NCBI GenBank assembly: GCA_946553045.1
Contig: CAMNRO010000009.1
Coordinates: 3,145-67,144 of the forward strand
Direction: 5' to 3'
Origin: an uncultured Porphyromonadaceae bacterium
Lineage (GTDB): Bacteria > Bacteroidota > Bacteroidia > Bacteroidales > Muribaculaceae
DNA: 64,000 nucleotides
Shown: positions 48,480 to 58,500 of the stretch, piece by piece
How the letters are laid out: each line of letters opens with the position of its first letter
Position numbering within the stretch: the stretch's first letter is position 1
Notes under the pieces: model-generated
The model's database searches: none
What the model saw: the letters and a program-made list of their open reading frames with translations, nothing else
Told to the model about the DNA's origin: nothing
Made by a program: the position numbers and the translations under genes

Positions 48480-50804
48480 ATGAAAATCCGAACAATGCTG
48501 ACAATATCCGCTATAACAGGCAGCGCACTCGCCGCAGGTGCCGGCAACCCGGCAATCCCGCAGGACCCCAAGCTCGAAGCCGCTGTCGAAAAAACGCTCG
48601 CAGGCATGAGCCTCGACGAAAAAATCGGCCAGATGACCGAACTCTCCATCGATGTGCTCGGCTCGTGGAAAGACGGCGAATTCTTCCTCGACCCCGAGAA
48701 AGTGCACGAAGCAATCGCCGTATATAAAGTCGGCTCAGTTCTCAACGCACCCGGCGGCCCCACAGCACAGACTCCCGCCAAATGGGAAGAAATCATAGGC
48801 TATCTCCAGAAAGTTTCCATAAAGGAAATAGGAATACCCTGCATATACGGCCTCGACCAGAACCACGGCACAACCTATACGCTCGGTGGAATCCTCTTCC
48901 CGCAGAACATCAATGTAGGAGCATCTTTCAACGCCCAAATGGCCGAACAGGCCGCTGCCGTGACCGCATACGAGACACGAGCAGCCGACTGCCCCTGGAC
49001 GTACTCGCCCACCGTAGACCTCACCCGCGACCCCCGCTGGCCACGCGTATGGGAAAACTACGGCGAAGACCCGCTGGTAAACGCCGTCATGGGCTCGCAG
49101 CAGATTCGCGGTTTTCAGGGCAATAATCTCAACGATGTCGGCCCCGACCACATCGCAGCCTGCGTGAAACACTACTTCGGCTACGGCGCGCCTCGCACCG
49201 GCAAAGACCGCACACCGGCATACATAGCCCCCTCTGAGCTTCGCGAAAAATTCTTCGAGCCCTTCCGGGCTTGCATCGAGGCCGGAGCGCTGAGCCTTAT
49301 GGTAAACAGTGGCTCTATCAACGGAATGCCCGTGCACGCAAGCTACGAATGGCTCACCAAATGGCTCAAGGAAGACCTCAACTGGGATGGCATGATTGTA
49401 ACCGACTGGTCCGACATCAACAACCTCTACACCCGCGAACACGTCGCCGCCGACAAGAAAGAAGCCATCGAAATGGCTATCAACGCCGGCATCGACATGT
49501 CGATGGAGCCCTACGACCTCAATTTCTGCACCCTCCTCAAAGAGCTCGTCCAGGAAAAACGCGTGAGCATGGAGCGTATCGACGATGCAACCCGCCGGGT
49601 GCTCCGTCTCAAATACCGCCTCGGTCTTTTCAAGACTCCCGACACCTACTTCAGGAACTATCCGCAGTTCGACAGCAAGGCGCACCGCGAGCTTGCCGTC
49701 AGCGCCGCCGAAGAATCGGAAATCCTGCTCAAGAACAACGGCGGCATCCTGCCTCTGAAAAAAGGCACACGCATACTCGTCGCCGGCCCCAACGCCAACT
49801 CAATGCGCTGTCTTAACGGCGGCTGGAGCTATTCATGGCAGGGCCACCTCACCGACCGTTTCGCCGGTGAATACAACACTATCTACGAAGCCGTCGCCAA
49901 CAAATTCGGCGCCGACCACGTCGTCCTCGAACAGGGCGTCACCTACCCCGCCGAAGGCGCATACTACGAAGAAAACGAGCCCGAAATCGAAAAAGCCGTA
50001 GCAGCCGCCGAGGACGTCGACGTCATTGTGGCCTGCATAGGCGAAAACTCCTACTGCGAGACCCCCGGCAACCTCGACGACCTGGCCCTCTCCGAAAACC
50101 AGCGCCAGCTCGTAAAGGCGCTCGCCGCAACAGGCAAACCGCTCGTACTGATTCTCAACGGCGGCCGTCCGCGCCTCATCAACGACATCGAACCCCTCGC
50201 TGAGGCTATCGTCAATATCCTCCTGCCGGGCAACTTCGGCGCAGATGCCCTTGCCAACATACTCGCCGGCGACGCAAACCCCAGCGCCCGCATGCCCTAC
50301 ACATATCCCCGCCATCAGGCCTCCCTCACAACCTACGACTACCGCGTGAGCGAAGAAACTGCCAAGATGGAAGGTGCGTACGACTACACGGCCGACGTAT
50401 CGGTTCAGTGGCCCTTCGGATTCGGCTTGAGCTATACCACTTTCGCATACAGCAACCTGAGAGTGTCTGAAACCGAATTCATGCCCGGCGATGAAATCAC
50501 CGTATCGGTCGACGTCACAAACACCGGCGACCGCCTCGGCAAGGAAGCCGTGCTGCTCTTCAGCCGCGACATGGTGGCCTCGCTCGTGCCCGACAACCGA
50601 CGCCTGCGGGCATTCACCAAAATCGAACTCAAGCCAGGCGAAACACGCACCGTTGATTTCAGGCTCAAAGCCTCGGACCTCGCGTTCGTCGGCGCCGACG
50701 GCAACTGGATTCTCGAAAAAGGACAGTTCCGCCTCCAGATTGCCGACCAGACCGCAATGATAAATTGCAAGGCGACAAAACGCCTCTCTGTAAACAAACA
50801 ATAG
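48480..50804 (+). CDS. Glycoside hydrolase family 3 beta-glucosidase (BglX-like)
   Basis: Motifs KHYFGYGA, GMIVTDWSD (nucleophile Asp), and a C-terminal FnIII-like domain. Confidence 0.9.
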   Translation: MKIRTMLTISAITGSALAAGAGNPAIPQDPKLEAAVEKTLAGMSLDEKIGQMTELSIDVLGSWKDGEFFLDPEKVHEAIAVYKVGSVLNAPGGPTAQTPAKWEEIIGYLQKVSIKEIGIPCIYGLDQNHGTTYTLGGILFPQNINVGASFNAQMAEQAAAVTAYETRAADCPWTYSPTVDLTRDPRWPRVWENYGEDPLVNAVMGSQQIRGFQGNNLNDVGPDHIAACVKHYFGYGAPRTGKDRTPAYIAPSELREKFFEPFRACIEAGALSLMVNSGSINGMPVHASYEWLTKWLKEDLNWDGMIVTDWSDINNLYTREHVAADKKEAIEMAINAGIDMSMEPYDLNFCTLLKELVQEKRVSMERIDDATRRVLRLKYRLGLFKTPDTYFRNYPQFDSKAHRELAVSAAEESEILLKNNGGILPLKKGTRILVAGPNANSMRCLNGGWSYSWQGHLTDRFAGEYNTIYEAVANKFGADHVVLEQGVTYPAEGAYYEENEPEIEKAVAAAEDVDVIVACIGENSYCETPGNLDDLALSENQRQLVKALAATGKPLVLILNGGRPRLINDIEPLAEAIVNILLPGNFGADALANILAGDANPSARMPYTYPRHQASLTTYDYRVSEETAKMEGAYDYTADVSVQWPFGFGLSYTTFAYSNLRVSETEFMPGDEITVSVDVTNTGDRLGKEAVLLFSRDMVASLVPDNRRLRAFTKIELKPGETRTVDFRLKASDLAFVGADGNWILEKGQFRLQIADQTAMINCKATKRLSVNKQ

Positions 50805-50824
50805 CACAACAACACTGCATTAAG

Positions 50825-50862
50825 GCAGGGAAAGAGTCGCACCGATTCTTTCCCTGCTTTTT
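50825..50862 (+). terminator. Intrinsic terminator after the GH3 gene
   Basis: 11-bp stem gcagggaaaga/tctttccctgc with an 11-nt loop, followed by TTTTT. Confidence 0.8.
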
Positions 50863-50864
50863 CG

Positions 50865-50872
50865 TATATTTG
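50865..50872 (+). promoter_or_regulatory. TAnnTTTG -7 motif for the membrane AraC-type sensor gene
   Basis: TATATTTG ends 5 nt before the ATG at 50878, which would give a near-leaderless mRNA. Confidence 0.4.
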
Positions 50873-50877
50873 CAGCC

Positions 50878-52983
50878 ATGAAGCGTTTCACGGCAATTAT
50901 AGCAGCAATCCTATTCATCATCAAGGCTTCGGGCGGCGAAATGCTGTTCCGCCCCGTCTTTCCTTCCGACGACAGCCGGATACGCTCAATCATACAACTC
51001 CCCGACGGCCGCATGGCCATAGCCACAGTATCGGAAATCTATCTGATTGACGGGTCAAACACCACTGCCATACCGCTCGCCGACAGCCCGTCGGCACCAC
51101 TGCCCTCCTACGACGGATTCCATCATTTCTACTACGCAGACTCCCTCCTCTGGCTGAAAACCAACCGTGAGCTCCGCTGCCTCAGCCCCGACAAAGGCCT
51201 CTTCGTCCCGATAGCCGACAGCTTGCTATCGGCAAGCGACCTGTATATAGACCATGCAGAAAGGCTCTGGAAAGTAAACGGACACAAGCTTTCGGGCACA
51301 GACACAACCATAGACCTCGGAGACAAAACTCTTCAGGACATCACCTCCGAAGGCGACAGCCTCTATCTGTTTTTCTCCGACGGAAGCATGCAATGCCGGC
51401 AATTGCCTTCCGGACGAAAAATATACGAGAGTGCGCCCTATGCACCTGAAGACTCCGCTCTGTTCTCACGCACTTCTCTGGTAGTCAAAGCCCCTCAGGG
51501 ATTCTTCCAGCTCCGCAACGGCAGCAAGGCAGCCCTGTTTTTCTACAATACATCTGCCAAAACCTGGAAAAAACTCCTCGAAACAGATTTCGCGCTCAAC
51601 ACTCTGTCTCTATCAGAGGCGGGAGAGGCTATTATAAGCTGTCCGAGAGGTCTCATCAGCATAGACCCCTCAACGGCCGCGACAACATATCACCCCCTGC
51701 TGCGCACCCGGACAGGCAGTCTACTTGCCACCGAAGTCAGCACCATCACCCACGACAGTTCGGGCGGTCTATGGCTCGGAACACTCAACCGCGGCCTCTT
51801 CTACCATCACCCCGACACTTATAGATACATTTTTATCCCGACGACATACAAATCGCCGGCATCATCAACATTTTTCACTGAAAATCAAGACGGAAGCGTG
51901 CTGCTTGCCGAAAACGGCAAAATCATAGCCATTAATCCCGACGGCACACAGACCACACCGTGCCATACGGGTCTGCGCCCCAACGGCGAATATGCCTCGG
52001 GCGCGGCATTCGTGTCAATTTCAGGCTCACTGTTTTTCAGGGAAAACGACGGCTATCACATCTTCGTACCCGCAGACGGACTCAGCCCGGCCATTACCGA
52101 CAAAGGACGCCACGCACCTCTCATTGCAGGCATTTCTGTAAACGGCGCCCCCACCACTCCGGCCGACTGCCGCATTCTGCCCCACGACCGCAACTTCGTA
52201 GCCTTCGAATGCGTGTCGCCCACATATGCCTTTCCCGATTCGACCGTCTACACCTACCGGCTCGATGGCCTCGAAGACGAATGGCACTCATTCAAGGCAT
52301 CGCAGTCGCCCTCGCATAAACTCACAGCCACATACACATCGCTGCCCCCGGGAAACTACACCTTTATCGTAAAAACCCGGGGCTCGTCCGACACCACCTT
52401 CGCATTCCGCATAAAACCGCCGTGGTGGCAGACCGCACCGGCATATATCTCGTTCGCTCTTGCAGCTCTGATACTGCTTGCCGCCGCCGGGTGGATATAC
52501 ATTTCTTCTGTCAGACGGCGCATGGTGCGACGCCTGCGCGAAGAGCATCTGCTCGAACGTATCCGCGACCTCATAGCCCAGTGCCGCACCTACGAACAGG
52601 AACGACAGCCCGACACAGCCACCGGCCCCGAAGCCGGACTCAACGGCGCCGATGCCGATTTCATTGCCCGCGCCGTCGAAATGGTAGAGCGCAACCTCAA
52701 CACACCCTCCTACTCCGTCGAGCAGCTTAGCCGCGACCTATGCATGGAGCGCACCGGCCTCTACCGAAAACTGACCGCCCTGCTCGACCGTTCGCCGAGT
52801 CTCTTCATTCGCGACATACGCCTGCGATGTGCCGCCCGCCTCCTCGCCGAAGGAAAGCTATCGGTAGCCGAAGTGGCCGACGCTACCGGCTTCAGCAGCT
52901 CCAGCTACATGAGCAAATGCTTCGTCGAGACATACGGCTGCCGACCCTCGGAATATGCCGCCAAAGCAGCCAAATCAACATGA
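50878..52983 (+). CDS. Transmembrane one-component regulator: periplasmic beta-propeller/Y_Y_Y sensor, single TM, cytoplasmic AraC-type HTH (no kinase or receiver)
   Basis: Signal/anchor sequence and propeller-like repeats (GGLWLGTLNRGLFYH). Y_Y_Y-like region (YTYRLDGLEDEWH...GNYTFIVKTRG) and TM segment APAYISFALAALILLAAAGWIYI. C-terminal HTH_AraC (SVEQLSRDLCMERTGLYRKL..., VADATGFSSSSYMSKCF). Confidence 0.8.
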   Translation: MKRFTAIIAAILFIIKASGGEMLFRPVFPSDDSRIRSIIQLPDGRMAIATVSEIYLIDGSNTTAIPLADSPSAPLPSYDGFHHFYYADSLLWLKTNRELRCLSPDKGLFVPIADSLLSASDLYIDHAERLWKVNGHKLSGTDTTIDLGDKTLQDITSEGDSLYLFFSDGSMQCRQLPSGRKIYESAPYAPEDSALFSRTSLVVKAPQGFFQLRNGSKAALFFYNTSAKTWKKLLETDFALNTLSLSEAGEAIISCPRGLISIDPSTAATTYHPLLRTRTGSLLATEVSTITHDSSGGLWLGTLNRGLFYHHPDTYRYIFIPTTYKSPASSTFFTENQDGSVLLAENGKIIAINPDGTQTTPCHTGLRPNGEYASGAAFVSISGSLFFRENDGYHIFVPADGLSPAITDKGRHAPLIAGISVNGAPTTPADCRILPHDRNFVAFECVSPTYAFPDSTVYTYRLDGLEDEWHSFKASQSPSHKLTATYTSLPPGNYTFIVKTRGSSDTTFAFRIKPPWWQTAPAYISFALAALILLAAAGWIYISSVRRRMVRRLREEHLLERIRDLIAQCRTYEQERQPDTATGPEAGLNGADADFIARAVEMVERNLNTPSYSVEQLSRDLCMERTGLYRKLTALLDRSPSLFIRDIRLRCAARLLAEGKLSVAEVADATGFSSSSYMSKCFVETYGCRPSEYAAKAAKST

Positions 52984-53032
52984 GTGTTGTCGGTTTCAAC
53001 ATGAGTATTGGCGCGCAATAATCTGCTATGAC

Positions 53033-53040
53033 TAACTTTG
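53033..53040 (+). promoter_or_regulatory. TAnnTTTG -7 motif for the GH31 gene
   Basis: TAACTTTG lies 31 nt upstream of the ATG at 53072. Confidence 0.4.
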
Positions 53041-53071
53041 CGGCATTGAAACACCAACATTCACTCATATC

Positions 53072-55399
53072 ATGAAACCCCGGAACATTATCACAGCCGC
53101 TGCAATGCTTGCCGCTTTAACAAGTTCGGCGGCCGGCGGACAACTGCGTTTCACCGCTCAGGGCATGGACGTGGAAATACAGTTTCTGAGCCCTTCTACA
53201 GTCAAAGTGCACAAAGCCCCAGTCGGCGCGCCGGCAGCCCCCGGCAGCCTCGTCGTAATCAAGACACCCGAAAACTGCGAAATCATCAAAACCGAAAAAG
53301 GCGACAGCGCCACCCTGGCCTCATCAAGCCTACTCCTCAAAATCAACAAGGCCAACGGCTCAGTCGACTTCTTCGACACCTCAGGGCGCCATCTGCTCAA
53401 AGACAAGGAATACGGAACCTCCTTCACCCCCATACTCGATGCCGGAAAACCGTCGGGCAAAGTACGAGCCTCATTCCTGCTCGAACCCGACGAACCGATA
53501 TACGGCATAGGCCAGGTCATGGACGGCCGTTTCAACCGCCGCAGTTCGACATACCACATGCAGAACGAAAACATGTTCACATACTCGCCCCTGGTAATGT
53601 CGCCGACCAAAAACTACGCCCTCTACTGGGACAACTACTCTATATCCGACTTCGCAGACTCCCCACAGGAAATGGCCTTCGAAGGCATAGGAAACCAGTC
53701 GGACTATTACTTCATCTACGGCCATAACGCCGACGGTATCGTGGCCGGAATACGCGACCTCACCGGGCACGCGCCCATGCTTCCCCTCTGGGCATACGGA
53801 TTCTTCCAGAGCAAAGAACGCTATAACACACAGTACGAACACCTCGGCATTCTCAAAAAATACCGCAAACTCGGCGTGCCCATCGACTGCGTCATTCAAG
53901 ACTGGCGATACTGGCCCGAATGGCAGCACACCGACTCGGCCTGGAACTCCCACTCCTTCGACCCCGTGCGATATCCGCAACCGGTCGAATGGGCCGACAG
54001 CATCCACGCCCTCGGCGGCAAACTGATGATTGTGGCATGGCCCGGTTTCGGCCCCAAAACCCAGCAGCGAGCCGAACTCGACTCGAAAGGAATGATTCTC
54101 GGATTCGACACATGGCCCCCGAACAGCGGAGCTCGGCCCTACGATGTTTTCAGCGAAGAAGCACGCGACATATACTGGAAATACCTCGACAAAGGCATAT
54201 TCAGCTACATAGGCAACGACGGATGGTGGCTCGACTCCACCGAACCCGACCACATAAACCGCCAGGACTCCGACTACGACACGCCGACCGCCCGCGGATC
54301 ATACCGCAGCACCAAAAACACATATTCGCTCATGCACAACACCGGCATTGCCCAGCACCAGAAAGCAGCCGACCGAAGCAAGCGCGTCGTAATCCTCACA
54401 CGCTCCGGATTCGTCGGTCAGCAGCGCCTCGGCTCCAACACCTGGAGCGGCGACGTCCAGTCAACATGGGAGACACTCGCCTCGCACATACCCGCAGCTC
54501 TCAATTTCACCGTCATGGGCATACCCAACTGGAACAGCGACATCGGCGGATTCTTCGCATGGCGATGGCACGACCACGGAGGAATCAAAAGCCCCGAATT
54601 TCAGGAACTATACACCCGCTGGAACCAGTTCGGCGCATTCTCGCCCATGATGCGCTCACACGGCACCGACCTGCCGCGCGAAATATGGCAGTTCGGCGAA
54701 AAAGGCACCCCCGTCTACGACGCCATCGAACGCATGATACGCCTCCGCTACCGACTCCTGCCATACATCTACAGCACATCATGGGATATATCGGCCAACG
54801 ACGGCACCTTCATGCGACCCCTGTTTTTCGACTTCCCGGCCGACACCGCCGTCTACAACATAGGCTCCGAATACCTCTTCGGCCGAAATATCCTCGTATC
54901 GCCTGTCACCGAACCCGGCATTAAAACCTGGAACACATATCTGCCCGAAGGCACCGCATGGTGGGATTTCTGGAACAACCGAAAACTCCCGGGCGGCCAG
55001 ACCGACCACCGTCCGACATCCCCCGATGAAATTCCGCTCTACCTCCGAGCAGGCACAATCCTGCCCTTCGGCCCCGATGTGCAATACTCCACCGAAAAAA
55101 AATGGGACAACCTCGAAATCCGAGTCTACCCCGGAGCCGACGGCACATTCACACTCTACGAAGACGAATTCGACAACTACAACTACGAAAACGGCGCATA
55201 CACAACAATCACATTCACCTGGAACGACGCCGACCGCACCCTCTCCATCTCAGACCGAAAAGGCACCTTCCCCGGAATGCTCAAAACACGCAAATTCCGC
55301 ATCGTCCTCATAGAAACCTCCGCCACACCCGGCGACACCCCCCTCAAACCCACCCGCACCATCACCTACTCCGGCCGCCAGCGCACCCTCACCCTCTGA
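53072..55399 (+). CDS. Glycoside hydrolase family 31 alpha-glycosidase (alpha-glucosidase/alpha-xylosidase type)
   Basis: Motifs DGWWLDSTEPD, WSGDVQSTW, NWNSDIGGFF and MRSHG. The C-terminal LYEDEFDNYNYENGAY resembles a DUF5110-like domain. Confidence 0.9.
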   Translation: MKPRNIITAAAMLAALTSSAAGGQLRFTAQGMDVEIQFLSPSTVKVHKAPVGAPAAPGSLVVIKTPENCEIIKTEKGDSATLASSSLLLKINKANGSVDFFDTSGRHLLKDKEYGTSFTPILDAGKPSGKVRASFLLEPDEPIYGIGQVMDGRFNRRSSTYHMQNENMFTYSPLVMSPTKNYALYWDNYSISDFADSPQEMAFEGIGNQSDYYFIYGHNADGIVAGIRDLTGHAPMLPLWAYGFFQSKERYNTQYEHLGILKKYRKLGVPIDCVIQDWRYWPEWQHTDSAWNSHSFDPVRYPQPVEWADSIHALGGKLMIVAWPGFGPKTQQRAELDSKGMILGFDTWPPNSGARPYDVFSEEARDIYWKYLDKGIFSYIGNDGWWLDSTEPDHINRQDSDYDTPTARGSYRSTKNTYSLMHNTGIAQHQKAADRSKRVVILTRSGFVGQQRLGSNTWSGDVQSTWETLASHIPAALNFTVMGIPNWNSDIGGFFAWRWHDHGGIKSPEFQELYTRWNQFGAFSPMMRSHGTDLPREIWQFGEKGTPVYDAIERMIRLRYRLLPYIYSTSWDISANDGTFMRPLFFDFPADTAVYNIGSEYLFGRNILVSPVTEPGIKTWNTYLPEGTAWWDFWNNRKLPGGQTDHRPTSPDEIPLYLRAGTILPFGPDVQYSTEKKWDNLEIRVYPGADGTFTLYEDEFDNYNYENGAYTTITFTWNDADRTLSISDRKGTFPGMLKTRKFRIVLIETSATPGDTPLKPTRTITYSGRQRTLTL

Positions 55400-55419
55400 T
55401 TCCCCCACACCCCAATAAC

Positions 55420-55458
55420 AGGCCGTCAGCCAGTGCCCCCCGCACAACCTGACGGCCT
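55420..55458 (+). terminator. Hairpin after the GH31 gene
   Basis: 10-bp stem aggccgtcag/ctgacggcct with a 19-nt loop. The downstream T-tract is weak. Confidence 0.45.
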
Positions 55459-55549
55459 CTTCCTCACCCACACCCCAACAAAATGCAACCACAAAGGTAT
55501 ATTTAATGGAATTATGCTACATTCTATTGCTTATAGCGACTTTATTGTC

Positions 55550-55557
55550 TATCTTTG
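55550..55557 (+). promoter_or_regulatory. TAnnTTTG -7 motif for the giant T9SS protein gene
   Basis: TATCTTTG lies 30 nt upstream of the ATG at 55588. Confidence 0.45.
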
Positions 55558-55587
55558 CGCAATATAAACCACACATAATTCAATAAC

Positions 55588-58500
55588 ATGAAAAACTCTT
55601 TATTCAGGTTTCTTACCCTCCTCGTTGCAATAGGCATAGCAATCGGCACAGGAGCCTTTGCAAATGTTGCAGACAAAGCAAAAGAAAGACAGTCTCCTAC
55701 AGCAAAAATGACGGGAACTGTCGCACTATCACCAAAATCAAGACTGCCTAAACTACAGTCAAAATCTGACGGAGGAACTATAACCAGACATCGAAAAACA
55801 TCAGGCATATCACGTTCTTTCACATCAGTCCTATCCGACGCTGTCGGAAATATTGACCTCCGCGGTTCTGTAATAGCATCAAACACACCGTCTTCGGTAT
55901 TTCCCCGTGGAATGTATAAGATTCCCACATCAGATGGCTCGGATTTCTCTCTTATCCGGTCGGGTGTACTTGCCAACAAAGGTGGCGCTGTTGTCGATAA
56001 TATCTATTACGCCGTTACATCACTGTCAATGTTTGGTGAAATATGGGTAGAGATTGACGCCTATAATGCAGAGACGTGGGAACCAGTTCCATATTATATA
56101 GAGCCGGAAACATCTGTAATTGCCAGCGATGTGACTGTCGACCCGGTGACAGGCAAAGTATATGGCTGCTTCTACAACGATGCTTTTGACGGCGGTTATG
56201 TATTCGGAACAATCGATTACAAAACAGCCATAAGAACGGCTATCAAAGACATTCCGTCTGAAATAGGATATTATAATGCTATTGCGGCAGATACAGACGG
56301 CACAATATATGCAATAGATATACAAGGCCAGTTTTACAAAATAGACAAAAACAGCGGAGAGCCTCATTTAATAGGCAATACCGGCCTTAAACCACAATAC
56401 GCAGCGTCCGCGACAATAGACCCGGCCAGCGGACGCATGTTCTGGACTTATTCGACAGACACTGATGGTGCTCTTTATGAAGTCGATAAAACCACAGGTA
56501 CGGCTACACTGCTATGTACATTCCCTGAAGCGGAAGAGGTGACAGGTCTATACGTTGCTTCTCCTCCCGCAGAAAATAAAGCACCGGCACCTGCAGAAAA
56601 TGTCGAAGTTGTTTTTGAAGATGGCAAACTTAGCGGTATAATCAGATTCCTTATACCACCCATGCTCTTCGACGGGTCTCCGGCACAAGGAGAAGTATCA
56701 TATCTTATTACAGCAAATGGCGAAAAAGTGGCAGCATCTACCGCAGAATGTGGCAATACAGTATCCGCAGAGATATCACTGCCTAATTCCGGCGAATATG
56801 AATTCTGTATAATCCTGTCTAATCAGACAGGGGCTTCTCCTGCTGCTAAAACATCGTCATATGTCGGATATGGAATTCCTGATGCTCCTGAAGTATCAAT
56901 TAATTACTCTGATGGTGAATTCACAATCGAATGGAAAGCACCGGACAAAGTATCAAGCGGAGGAATTATAGACTCAAAAGACTTCACATATACAGTCACC
57001 AGATATCCTGATGGCAATATAATAGCCAACGACATAAGTACTACACGCATAACCGACATAGTGGAGGAACCATCACAGATTACAGTGTTTTATTATACCG
57101 TAACTGCAAAAAACCATGATACAGTCTCTGCTCCCGGCAAATCTCAGAATTGGACTCTTGGAGCTATAAATCCTCCATATTTCCAAGATTTCATGTCGGA
57201 CGAAGCTATGGAAGGTTTCACAATACTTGACAATAACAATGACGGACAGACATGGAAACGAGCCCTTTTCGGAGGTAATGTTACCATCGCCTATAACGAA
57301 GAACTTGCGGCTGACGACTGGCTGATAACTCCTCCTATCAGATTAAAGAGTGGTGCCATATATAAACTTTCGTTTGATGTTTCGTCAGATGCCCGATATC
57401 CCGAACGTCTTGAAGTCAAGATGGGTAAATCTCCTGTGGCAACAGATATGACTACAACCCTCATGGACGCAACAATATATAAATCTTCTGAAAAGGTTAC
57501 CGAAGAAATATATATCACACCCGATTCTGACGGCAATTTTTACATCGGATTTCATGGCATAAGCGACCCCGACTGTCTTTATCTTTATATCCATTCAATA
57601 TCTATTTCTGGTGCAATATCGCCGAATGCACCAGAGGCCATAAGAGATCTTCAGATTGTTCCTGATGAGAATGGCCAGCTGTCTTCATATATATTCTTCA
57701 CTCCGCCAAGCCTAAGTATCAATGGCAATGAACTGGACAAGATTGAATATGTCGAAATTTCGCGCAACGGCACTGTCATAAAGAGAGTAGACTGCCCGGA
57801 ATTAGGTCTGAGACAAAAAATATCTGACATCGTACCATCTCCCGGCATATATACGTATTCAGCAACTGCACATAACAACTCGGGAGAAGGTAAAAAAGCC
57901 GTAGCATCAACTTATATTGGCATAAATACGCCTCAAAAGGTACCAGCATTTACAGCGTCGCGTACCGCCAACCATGGTGAGATTTCATTCGAATGGAGTG
58001 CTCCCGTCACAGATAAAGACGGATTCCCTATCAATCCCGCGCTTATAAGATATCAGATAGTGGAGTTTGTTGGCAACGATGATGTTGTAATTGCCGATAA
58101 CATTATCGGAACCGAGTTCGGATATCAGGCGATCTCGCCAGATGTCGAACAAGAATTCAAACAATGGGCTATATTCGCGAAAACAGACAATGGCATATCA
58201 GGCGGCACGGACTCCGAAATGATGGCTGTAGGCACACCTTATGCCATGCCGTATTCAGAATCAGCTCCTGACGGTAATCTACAACATATACTCGGCACAG
58301 GAAGCGACCCATATGTCGTCTGGGATACGACTACCGACAGCCCCGACGTAGCCTCTCAGGATGGAGACAACGGCTACATGTATATGCTTGGATACTTCAA
58401 AGACGATGAAGCACCAATATTTACCGGTATCATACATATAGACGATTCGAATCCGGCCCTGTCTTTCTATGTTTTCCGGCTCACCGGAGAAGATGACACA

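Noticed and set aside
53072-55399. GH31 considered as an integral member of the mannan PUL.
   Set aside because: GH31 enzymes act on alpha-glucosides or alpha-xylosides, not mannan. The gene has its own promoter motif and follows a terminator plus a regulator gene, so I treat it as a neighbouring unit.
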